Of a stretch of DNA of 14,245 nt, positions 7,104 through 14,245 are shown piece by piece. The notes under the pieces are model-generated. The model was not told where the DNA came from. It saw only the letters and a list, made by a program, of their open reading frames with translations, and did no database searches. A program made the translations under genes and the position numbers. Each line of letters begins with the position of its first letter. Positions within the stretch are counted from its first letter, which is position 1. Origin of the DNA: Gemmatimonadota bacterium (GTDB lineage Bacteria > Gemmatimonadota > Gemmatimonadetes > Gemmatimonadales > GWC2-71-9); the NCBI GenBank assembly GCA_039591655.1, contig JBDHDE010000091.1:1-14245 (forward strand), given 5' to 3'.

Positions 7104-9350
7104 ATGACGCCGATCGAGCAGCTCGACCGCATCGCGATCAACGTCAAGTCGCATCGGTTTCTCAAGACCCTCCTCAAAGAGAATCCGAAGCTCGAGTCCA
7201 TCATGCGCAACTCGAAGAACGAGATCGAGGCGCGCATCGGGATCCGGGAATGGGTCATGGACGAGCTGCGGCAGCGGCCGCAGGCGCTGGCCTTCTACGA
7301 GGGCAAGAGCACCGACCGGGCAGCGTTCGAGGCCCTCTCCTGGGACGACTACGCGGCCATCCGGTTGCTGGACTACGTGGACCATGCCGGCCGGGAGTTC
7401 GAAGATCTCAACCTACGCGGGGCCGTAGCCGTCAGCACTCCGATCCGGCAGCTGTGGCTCGCGGTGAACCGGGGCACCGGCGGGGCGAAGCCCGACTTCT
7501 TCGAGGACATGGTGTACCTGTTCCGGCAGTTCACGGGACGGAGCACCCGGCGCATGCCGACACGCGAAGAGGTCGAGGCGTGGATGGAGCGGTATCCCTC
7601 CGGCCTCGATCCCCGCATCGTGGCGCTGCGGGAGGAGAACCGGGAACGGATCATCAACATCCTCATCGACCGGATGGACCGGGGGGAGATCCGTAGCCAG
7701 AAGTTCAAGCTGGACCCCGAGCTGTCCCGCGAGGAGAAGTTCGAGCGGGCCATGGAGTGGTGGGACGACGTGCAGTTCCACCTGCACTTCGCGGTGCGCT
7801 CGCCGGAGTTGCTCAACGAGATGCTGGGCAACTCTCTCGACCCCGACACGATGAAGGTCCTGTATGCGGCGCAGGAGGCGGGCATCCCCTTCTTCGTGAA
7901 CCCCTACTACCTCTCCTTGCTCCACGTCCGGGTGCCGTACTTCGCCATCGGTGCCGACCTGGCAATCCGCCATTACGTGGTCTATTCCCAGCAGCTGGTG
8001 GAGGAGTTCGGCCACATCCGCGCCTGGGAGAGGGAGGACGAGGTGGAGCCCGGCAAGCCCAATGCGGCCGGGTGGCTGCTCCCCCCGTATGACAACGTGC
8101 ACCGGCGCTATCCCGACGTGGCGATCCTCATCCCGGACACCACCGGCCGGGCTTGCGGTGGGCTGTGCGCCTCGTGCCAGCGGATGTACGGCTTCCAACA
8201 CGGCCAGCTGGACTTCGACCTCGACGAGCTGGCGCCCAAGACGGCCTGGCCCGACAAGCTTGAGGAGCTGATGCGGTACTTCGCGGAGGACTCGCAGTTA
8301 CGCGATATCCTCATTACGGGCGGCGATTCGCTGATGAGCACCGACATCGTGCTGGAGCGGATCCTCGATGCCGTGTACGAGATGGCCAAGGCCAAGCGGG
8401 ACGCCAACAAGAAGCGGGAGAAGAAATACGCCGAGATCATCCGAGTGCGGCTCGGATCGCGGCTGCCCGTTTACCTGCCGCAGCGGATTACCCCGGAGCT
8501 AGCGGCGATCCTCGCCCGGTTCAAGGAGAAGGCGGCCGAGGTGGGCGTGAAGCAGTTCGTGATCCAGGCGCACTTCGAGTCGCCCATGGAGGTGACGCCG
8601 GAGGCACGGGAAGGGATCGGTCGGCTCCTCGAGGCGGGGTGGATGGTCACCAACCAGATGGTGTTCACCGCCGCGGCGTCGCGCCGGGGACACACCGCCA
8701 AGCTCCGCGAGGTGCTGAACGAGATCGGGATCCTCCCGTACTACACGTTCGTGCTCAAGGGCTACCGGGAGAACGCGTTCAACTACGCGCCGGTGGCACG
8801 GGTGGTGCAGGAGGAGCTGGAGGAGAAGGCCATCGGGCGGATCCCCGAGCGGTACCACGACGCGATCCGGCAGCTCCCGGAGGATCCCAAGACGCTGGTG
8901 CGGCAGGTGAGCACGCTGCGCGGCAGCTGCTGCATCCCCTTCCTGGCCACCGACCGCAGCGTGCTCAACCTCCCGGCGGTGGGGAAGAGCCTCACGTTCC
9001 GCGTCATCGGCATCACCCGTTACGGCCGGCGCGTCCTCGAGTTCGATCACGACCGCACCCGGGCCCACAGCCCCATCATCGACCAGATGGGAAAGGTGAT
9101 CGTGATCGAGTCCAAGTCCATCGGTGAGTACCTGGGGCAACTCAACGCGATGGGGGAGAACGTCCCGGATTACGAGAGCGTGTACGGTTACTCCATGGGG
9201 CAGACCGAGCCCAGGATGCCGCTGTACGACTACCCCGAGTATGAGTTCGAGGTGACTGATGAGATCACCAACCTCGAGCTCCCAGAGGAGGAGCGACCGG
9301 TCCGGCGGGGGCCGCGGACCAGCAAACCGGCGGGCATAGACGGCATTTGA
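7104..9350 (+). CDS. Long-form KamA-family radical-SAM/PLP 2,3-aminomutase (748 aa) with glutamate-aminomutase-type substrate residues
   Basis: GGGAG RBS; HRRYPD; CxxxCxxC (C351-GGL-C355-AS-C358) followed by QR; DILITGGD; VRLGSRLPVYLPQRIT; HFESPMEVT; NQMV; PYY; LPAVGK (candidate PLP Lys628). Confidence 0.93.
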   Translation: MTPIEQLDRIAINVKSHRFLKTLLKENPKLESIMRNSKNEIEARIGIREWVMDELRQRPQALAFYEGKSTDRAAFEALSWDDYAAIRLLDYVDHAGREFEDLNLRGAVAVSTPIRQLWLAVNRGTGGAKPDFFEDMVYLFRQFTGRSTRRMPTREEVEAWMERYPSGLDPRIVALREENRERIINILIDRMDRGEIRSQKFKLDPELSREEKFERAMEWWDDVQFHLHFAVRSPELLNEMLGNSLDPDTMKVLYAAQEAGIPFFVNPYYLSLLHVRVPYFAIGADLAIRHYVVYSQQLVEEFGHIRAWEREDEVEPGKPNAAGWLLPPYDNVHRRYPDVAILIPDTTGRACGGLCASCQRMYGFQHGQLDFDLDELAPKTAWPDKLEELMRYFAEDSQLRDILITGGDSLMSTDIVLERILDAVYEMAKAKRDANKKREKKYAEIIRVRLGSRLPVYLPQRITPELAAILARFKEKAAEVGVKQFVIQAHFESPMEVTPEAREGIGRLLEAGWMVTNQMVFTAAASRRGHTAKLREVLNEIGILPYYTFVLKGYRENAFNYAPVARVVQEELEEKAIGRIPERYHDAIRQLPEDPKTLVRQVSTLRGSCCIPFLATDRSVLNLPAVGKSLTFRVIGITRYGRRVLEFDHDRTRAHSPIIDQMGKVIVIESKSIGEYLGQLNAMGENVPDYESVYGYSMGQTEPRMPLYDYPEYEFEVTDEITNLELPEEERPVRRGPRTSKPAGIDGI

Positions 9351-10675
9351 GCTTCCGCCGCGCGCTGGGCCCGTTCGACGCCACCATGGTTGTCATCGGT
9401 GGCATCATCGGCGCGGGCATCTTCATCAACCCTTACATCGTAGCGCAGCGCCTCGAGTCCGGCGTCCTGGTGATGGTCGCCTGGCTCGCAGGTGGCTGCA
9501 TCGCGCTGGCGGGGGCGTTCGCCTTCGCTGAGCTGGGGTCGCTCTTCCCCAAGGCGGGCGGGCACTACGCCTACCTGCGGGATGCCTACCATCCCTTCGC
9601 CGGCTTCCTCTACGGCTGGGCCCTGCTCCTGATGATCGAGTGCGGTGCCATCGCGGCGGTGGCCATCACGTTCGCGCAGTACGCGTTGCGCTTGGTGGGA
9701 CGGGAGGGGGTCTCGGCCACGCCCCTGGCCGTCGCCGCCATCGTCGTGGTGGCCGCCATCAACTACGTGGGGGTGAAGCCGGGAAGCCGCACCCTGAACG
9801 TGTTCGTCGTACTGAAGGTAGCGGCGCTGGTGCTGCTCATCGGCGCCGGCCTGCTGCTGCCGGTGCGGGAGACGGTCGGCGGCGCAGATGCCGTGACGAC
9901 TGCTTCACCCGCCCTGCTGGTGGCGTTCGGGGCGGCCCTCGTGCCGGTCATGTTCTCGTACGGCGGGTGGCAGAACGTGAACTACATCGCCGAGGAGATC
10001 GAGCGGCCGAGGCGCAACATCCCGATTGCGGCCATCACAGGCACGGTGGTGGTGGTCACGGTCTACGGATTGGTGAACCTCGTCTACCTCAAGGCCCTGG
10101 GGCGGGAGGGCCTGGCCGGGACGCTGACCCCGGCGGCCGACACGGTGAACGCGCTACTCGGCGGCGCCGGTGACAAGCTGATCGCCCTCACCATCGCGGT
10201 GTCGACGTTTGGCTTCCTCGACCTCACCATGCTGGCCCCCACGCGGGTCTACTACGCCATGGCGGCCGACGGGGTGTTCTTCAGGCGGGTCGCCCGGCTG
10301 CACCCGCGGTTTCAGACCCCGTCGCTGGCGATCGTGCTGCAAACGGTGTGGGCGGTGTGCCTGGCCCTGAGCGGTACCTACGCCCAGCTGGTGGACTACG
10401 TGGTCTTCGCCGACTGGATCTTCTTCGGGTTGGCTGCGGCCAGCCTATTCGTGTTCCGGCGCCGCTACCCGCTGAAGCAACGGGACGGGGGAACCTTCAC
10501 GGCGCCGGGCTACCCCATCCTGCCGGCTCTCTTCGTGCTGGCAGCCATCTGGATCGTGATCAGTGTGATCTTGGCCAACCCGGTGCGAGCGGGGATCGGG
10601 ATGGCTCTGCTGGCTACGGGAGTGCCGGCGTATCTGTATTGGAGCAGGAAGCAGCGGGGCGGGAATCCCGCTTGA
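9347..10675 (+). CDS. APC-superfamily amino acid permease
   Basis: TM1 motif GGIIGAGIF, AELGSLFPKAGGHY, FSYGGW, EEIERPRRNIP, RVYYAMAADG and about 12 hydrophobic segments. The TTG start overlaps the upstream TGA (TTGA). Confidence 0.95.
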   Translation: MSFRRALGPFDATMVVIGGIIGAGIFINPYIVAQRLESGVLVMVAWLAGGCIALAGAFAFAELGSLFPKAGGHYAYLRDAYHPFAGFLYGWALLLMIECGAIAAVAITFAQYALRLVGREGVSATPLAVAAIVVVAAINYVGVKPGSRTLNVFVVLKVAALVLLIGAGLLLPVRETVGGADAVTTASPALLVAFGAALVPVMFSYGGWQNVNYIAEEIERPRRNIPIAAITGTVVVVTVYGLVNLVYLKALGREGLAGTLTPAADTVNALLGGAGDKLIALTIAVSTFGFLDLTMLAPTRVYYAMAADGVFFRRVARLHPRFQTPSLAIVLQTVWAVCLALSGTYAQLVDYVVFADWIFFGLAAASLFVFRRRYPLKQRDGGTFTAPGYPILPALFVLAAIWIVISVILANPVRAGIGMALLATGVPAYLYWSRKQRGGNPA

Positions 10676-10730
10676 CTGCGGCCTGACGCCACGTTCATTT
10701 CTTGCTGAGGCAGCTCACCGGAGATGCTCG

Positions 10731-11111
10731 GTGCGGAGCACGGCAACCGCCGGTCGCGGCCTGACCACCGTTCTCTTCTTGGTCTATCTCGCGGGTTGCA
10801 CTTCCTGGGAGTACCACGAGGTATCGCCGGAGCGCGTCATCGAGGCGGAGCAGCCGCACGAGATCCGCGTGACGTTGAGCGGCGGTGAGCGGGTCGTCCT
10901 GCAGGGACCGGTGGTACGGAACGATACACTAAGCGGGCTAGCCGTGCAGCGCCACACCGCCGAGCCGTTCGCGGTTCCCGTGGAGGAAGTCGCGGCCGTC
11001 GAGGTGAAGGAGACCCACGGCCCTCCCCAGGGGGCGATAGCGGTTGCTGGCGGAGTTGTCGCGCTGCTCGCCATAGTCGCCGTGATATCGATGCAGGATA
11101 TGTGGAACTAA
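10731..11111 (+). CDS. Hypothetical lipoprotein (126 aa) with a C-terminal hydrophobic helix
   Basis: GGAGA RBS before GTG; lipobox LAG-C (Cys23); beta-rich core; C-terminal AIAVAGGVVALLAIVAVISM. Confidence 0.8.
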   Translation: MRSTATAGRGLTTVLFLVYLAGCTSWEYHEVSPERVIEAEQPHEIRVTLSGGERVVLQGPVVRNDTLSGLAVQRHTAEPFAVPVEEVAAVEVKETHGPPQGAIAVAGGVVALLAIVAVISMQDMWN

Positions 11112-11137
11112 GGGCTCGACCGTCAGGTGCCTTCGCC

Positions 11138-12784
11138 TCACCCCGCCAGCGGCACCACACCCCCGTAGGGAATCCCCGTTAGGTACGCCACGTCCCGCTT
11201 CCAGGTCGTGAGGTCCTCGAGCCGGAACCCACTCAGGTGGCCGTGCCCGCATGCCCGGGCCAGGATCTTCATCAGCTCCACGGTGGCCTCCAGGTAGTTG
11301 GCCAGCTGCCGGGCCGACTGCTCGACCTGCAGGCGCGCTCGGAGGTTGGGCCTCTGCGTGGCGACACCCACCGGGCAGTTGTTGGTGTGGCAGGCCCGCA
11401 TGCCCAGGCAGCCGATGGCCTGGATGGCCGAGTTGGCGATGGCGATCCCGTCGGCGCCCAGGGCCAAGGCCTTCGCGAAGTCAGATTCTGTGCGCAGGCC
11501 GCCGGTGATGATGAGGGTCACGCCGTCGGCGCCGCGCGCATCCAGGTGCCGCCGAGCCCGGCCCAGGGCAGGGATGGTGGGCACCGAGATGTTGTGCTTG
11601 AAGATCTCCGGCGCGGCGCCCGTCGCCCCGCCGCGGCCGTCGAGAATGATGTAGTCCACGCCTACCTCGAGGGCGAAGTCGATGTCGTCCTCGATGTGCT
11701 GTGCCGACAGCTTGAAGCCGATGGGAATGCCGCTCGAGGCATCGCGGACCTCCTGGGCCACACGCCGGTAGTCCCCGACGCTCTCCAGGTCGGTGAACGT
11801 GGCGGGGCTGATGGCTGGCTCGCCTTCCTTCAGTCCCCGCACCTCGGCGATCCTGCCCTTCACCTTCTGCCCCGGCAGATGTCCGCCAGTGCCCGTCTTA
11901 GCCCCCTGGCCGCCCTTGAAGTGGAACGCCTGGACCCGCTTCACCTTGTCGAGGCTCCAGCCGAAACGGCCCGACGCCAATTCGTAGAAGTAGCGGGAGT
12001 TGTTGGCCTGCTCCTCCGGGAGCATCCCGCCCTCGCCGGAGCAGATGCCGGTGCCGGCGAGCTCCGCGCCCTTGGCCAGTGCCACCTTGGCCTCCTCGGA
12101 TAGGGCTCCGAAGCTCATGTCGCTGACGAGAATGGGAATCTCGAGCCGCAGCGGCTTCTTGGCCTTGGGTCCGATCACCAGCTCCGCGCCCACCTCGACG
12201 CCGTCCAGCAGCGGCTTCCGCGCGAGTTGTGCCGTGAGGAGCTGGATGTCGTCCCACGATGGCAGATCCTGCCGCGCCACCCCCATCGCCGATACCGCGC
12301 CATGCCCCAGGCCCTCGCGGCCCTTCCTGGCGAGCTGCTGGATGTAGTTGTTGTGAGGCTCCTCCGGGGTCCCGTGGATGTCCGCATGGAGCCCGAGATA
12401 TTCGTCCCGCTTGTAGGGCTGGGGATGCCGCCTGGCCCACGTCCCGACCTCCAACCCGTCCACGTACACCGCGTCGTCACCCCGGTCGATCCATGCCGCG
12501 AACCGGTGCAGCGCCTCGGCGTTGTTGTACTCGCTCACGCCGGTGTCGTAGCGGTAATCCCAGTAGTGGACGCCGCAGATGAGGTTGCGTCCCTCGACGT
12601 GGCCGTCGGCCAGCAGGGCCCCGCGGTGGAGACAGCGGCCGTAGAGCACCGATACCTCGTCGTCGTAGCGGATCACGACCAGGTCGACATTGGCGACCAG
12701 CGCATAGGTCGGTTGCCGGTCCTGGAGGGTGCTCCAGGTGGACACCTTGACCTTGGTGGCGGGAGGGGTGGTGGCGGTGGTCAT
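11138..12784 (-). CDS. Rieske [2Fe-2S] domain fused to a glutamate-synthase FMN-binding domain (548 aa)
   Basis: The true start is ATG 12784 with GAGGTG upstream; the ORF-track extension to 13096 overlaps cytochrome b. Rieske ligands CLH…CGVH; GltS motifs MSFGALS, SGEGG, KGGQGAKTGTGGHLPG, DGRGGATGAAP, GGLRT; cluster motif CLGMRACHTNNCPVG. Confidence 0.93.
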   Translation of the reverse strand: MTTATTPPATKVKVSTWSTLQDRQPTYALVANVDLVVIRYDDEVSVLYGRCLHRGALLADGHVEGRNLICGVHYWDYRYDTGVSEYNNAEALHRFAAWIDRGDDAVYVDGLEVGTWARRHPQPYKRDEYLGLHADIHGTPEEPHNNYIQQLARKGREGLGHGAVSAMGVARQDLPSWDDIQLLTAQLARKPLLDGVEVGAELVIGPKAKKPLRLEIPILVSDMSFGALSEEAKVALAKGAELAGTGICSGEGGMLPEEQANNSRYFYELASGRFGWSLDKVKRVQAFHFKGGQGAKTGTGGHLPGQKVKGRIAEVRGLKEGEPAISPATFTDLESVGDYRRVAQEVRDASSGIPIGFKLSAQHIEDDIDFALEVGVDYIILDGRGGATGAAPEIFKHNISVPTIPALGRARRHLDARGADGVTLIITGGLRTESDFAKALALGADGIAIANSAIQAIGCLGMRACHTNNCPVGVATQRPNLRARLQVEQSARQLANYLEATVELMKILARACGHGHLSGFRLEDLTTWKRDVAYLTGIPYGGVVPLAG

Positions 12785-12846
12785 GGACACCTCGTGTCGG
12801 GGTGCTGAGGATCGTGGGGTCCAACTTGGATAACCAGACACGGCGT

Positions 12847-12876
12847 TTGAGGCAAGCAGTGACGCGGCAGTATCTT
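12847..12876 (+). promoter_or_regulatory. Putative sigma70 promoter of the cytochrome b gene
   Basis: TTGAGG (12847-12852), 18-nt spacer, TATCTT (12871-12876), ending 11 nt before the ATG. Same -10 hexamer as upstream of the tRNA. Confidence 0.5.
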
Positions 12877-12887
12877 GCAAGCCCATC

Positions 12888-14245
12888 ATGACTGAGAACG
12901 GTCTGGCCCACCGCATCTGGCGCTCGGTGTTCCGAGGGCCCCTCCGCCCCCGCACGGATCGGGAGCGGAAGTGGGTCGTGGTGAACAACTTCATCCTGCA
13001 CTTCCGGCCGGTCCGGGTCCCCGAGAAGACACTGAGGTACACGCACACCTTCGGCCTCGGCGGAATGTCGCTGGTGCTGGTGCTGCTGCTGATCACGACT
13101 GGTGTGTTGATGATGTTCGCCTACGAGCCCTCACCCGGAGGCGCCTACGCCTCGGTGTTGGGCCTGGAGCGGCACGTACTCTTCGGCCGGCTAGTGCGCA
13201 GCATGCACCACTGGAGCGCCAACTTCCTGATTGCCGTCGTGGTGCTGCACCTGCTGCGGGCGTACTTCACCGGTGCCTACCACGCGCCGCGGCAGTTCAA
13301 CTGGGTGATCGGCCTGGGGTTATTGCTCTGCGTGCTGGCGTCCAACTTCACCGGCTACCTGTTGCCGTGGGACCAGCTCTCTTACTGGGCGGTCACGATC
13401 TCCACCGGCATGATCGGCTACGTCCCCCTGGTGGGGGAGTGGCTCCAGGGCGTGGTGCGGGGCGGGGCGCAGGTGGGGCGGGCGACCCTCATCACTTTCT
13501 ACACGCTGCACACGACCCTCGTCCCGGTGGCCATCGTGGTGCTGATGGGGTTCCACTTCTGGCGGGTGCGGAAGGCACGTGGCGTCGTCGTGCCCCGCGG
13601 CCCGGATGAGCCACCCGACGAGGCGCCGGAGAAGGTGCTGGGCCTGCCGTACCTGATCCTGCGGGAGTTCGTGGTGGCGCTGATCCTGGTGGCGTTCGTG
13701 ATGGTGTTCGCGGCGCTGATCGCGGCCCCCCTAGGCGAGGCGGCGAATCCCGGCATGAGCCCCAACCCCGCCAAGGCGCCGTGGTACTTCGTCGGCATCC
13801 AGGAGCTGCTGCTCCACTTCCACCCGGTGTTCGCGGTGCTTGTCCTGCCGGCACTGGCCCTGCTCGCGCTGCTGCTCATTCCGTACGTGCGCTACGACCA
13901 GGACACGTCGGGTATCTGGTTCGCGTCCCGTCGCGGGCGGCGGCTCGCGGTGTGGGCGGCCGCACTGGCCGCGGTGGTCACCCCACTGTGGGTCGTGCTG
14001 GACGAGTGGGTGCTCGACTTCGGTGCATGGCTCCCCGGCGTGCCGCCGTTGCTCAGCGAAGGGCTATTGCCCGCGGGAATCCTCGCGGGCGGGCTGGCCG
14101 GGCTCTACCTGCTGGCGCGCCGCCGGCTCGGCGCCACCGTCACCGAAGCCGTCCAGTCGGCGTTCGTGTTGTTGTTCGTGGCCTTTGCCACCCTGACCGC
14201 CACCGGCGTGTGGTTCCGCGGGCCCGGGATGGCGCTGGTGTGGCC
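12888..14245 (+). CDS. Cytochrome b of a Rieske/cytochrome b complex, fused b6-like N-terminal part plus subunit-IV-like part; 3'-truncated by the window
   Basis: Manually translated from ATG 12888 and open to the window end: TFGLGG, TGVLMMFAYEP, heme ligands MHHWSAN…VLHLLR and TLHTT…GFHFW, FTGYLLPWDQLSYWA, PNPAKAPWYF. Absent from the ORF track, presumably because there is no stop in the window. Confidence 0.95.
   Translation, partial: MTENGLAHRIWRSVFRGPLRPRTDRERKWVVVNNFILHFRPVRVPEKTLRYTHTFGLGGMSLVLVLLLITTGVLMMFAYEPSPGGAYASVLGLERHVLFGRLVRSMHHWSANFLIAVVVLHLLRAYFTGAYHAPRQFNWVIGLGLLLCVLASNFTGYLLPWDQLSYWAVTISTGMIGYVPLVGEWLQGVVRGGAQVGRATLITFYTLHTTLVPVAIVVLMGFHFWRVRKARGVVVPRGPDEPPDEAPEKVLGLPYLILREFVVALILVAFVMVFAALIAAPLGEAANPGMSPNPAKAPWYFVGIQELLLHFHPVFAVLVLPALALLALLLIPYVRYDQDTSGIWFASRRGRRLAVWAAALAAVVTPLWVVLDEWVLDFGAWLPGVPPLLSEGLLPAGILAGGLAGLYLLARRRLGATVTEAVQSAFVLLFVAFATLTATGVWFRGPGMALVW

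Noticed and set aside
12785..13096. N-terminal extension of the 652-aa ORF
   Set aside because: It overlaps the cytochrome b gene on the opposite strand. ATG 12784 has a good RBS and directly precedes the Rieske domain.
3140..14196. Many alternative-frame and antisense ORFs in the track (e.g. 3140-3982, 3189-4016, 6159-6863, 7413-8201, 11237-12103, 12971-13609, 13840-14196)
   Set aside because: All lie mostly or wholly within well-supported genes and lack motifs; typical high-GC shadow ORFs.
1..14245. CRISPR arrays, IS elements, integrases, rRNA, known riboswitches
   Set aside because: No regularly spaced repeats, transposase or recombinase motifs, or recognisable conserved RNA cores were found by eye.

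Overview
High-GC bacterial chromosomal window; the gene style suggests Gemmatimonadota, but that is only a guess. Left to right: tRNA-Ser(TGA) on the - strand with downstream hairpins; a lower-GC pair on - (a secreted protein with NPP1/Vps62-like motifs, an EF-hand loop and a probable C-terminal beta-barrel, plus a CPBP intramembrane protease); a penicillin-acylase-family Ntn hydrolase (+); a secreted alpha/beta-hydrolase whose 5' end is split by a 1-bp frameshift (-); a 748-aa KamA-family radical-SAM aminomutase coupled to an APC amino-acid permease (+); a small lipoprotein (+); a Rieske plus glutamate-synthase-FMN-domain protein (-); and, divergent from it, a fused cytochrome b6/subunit-IV-type gene that runs off the window and is missing from the ORF track. 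The most interesting signal is in the long KamA homologue. By-eye alignment puts Lys and Asn at the two positions where lysine 2,3-aminomutase has its lysine-binding Asp residues, which is the glutamate 2,3-aminomutase signature. This suggests a beta-glutamate or acidic amino-acid module. No integrase, transposase, CRISPR array or rRNA was seen. All family calls come from motif recognition, not database searches.
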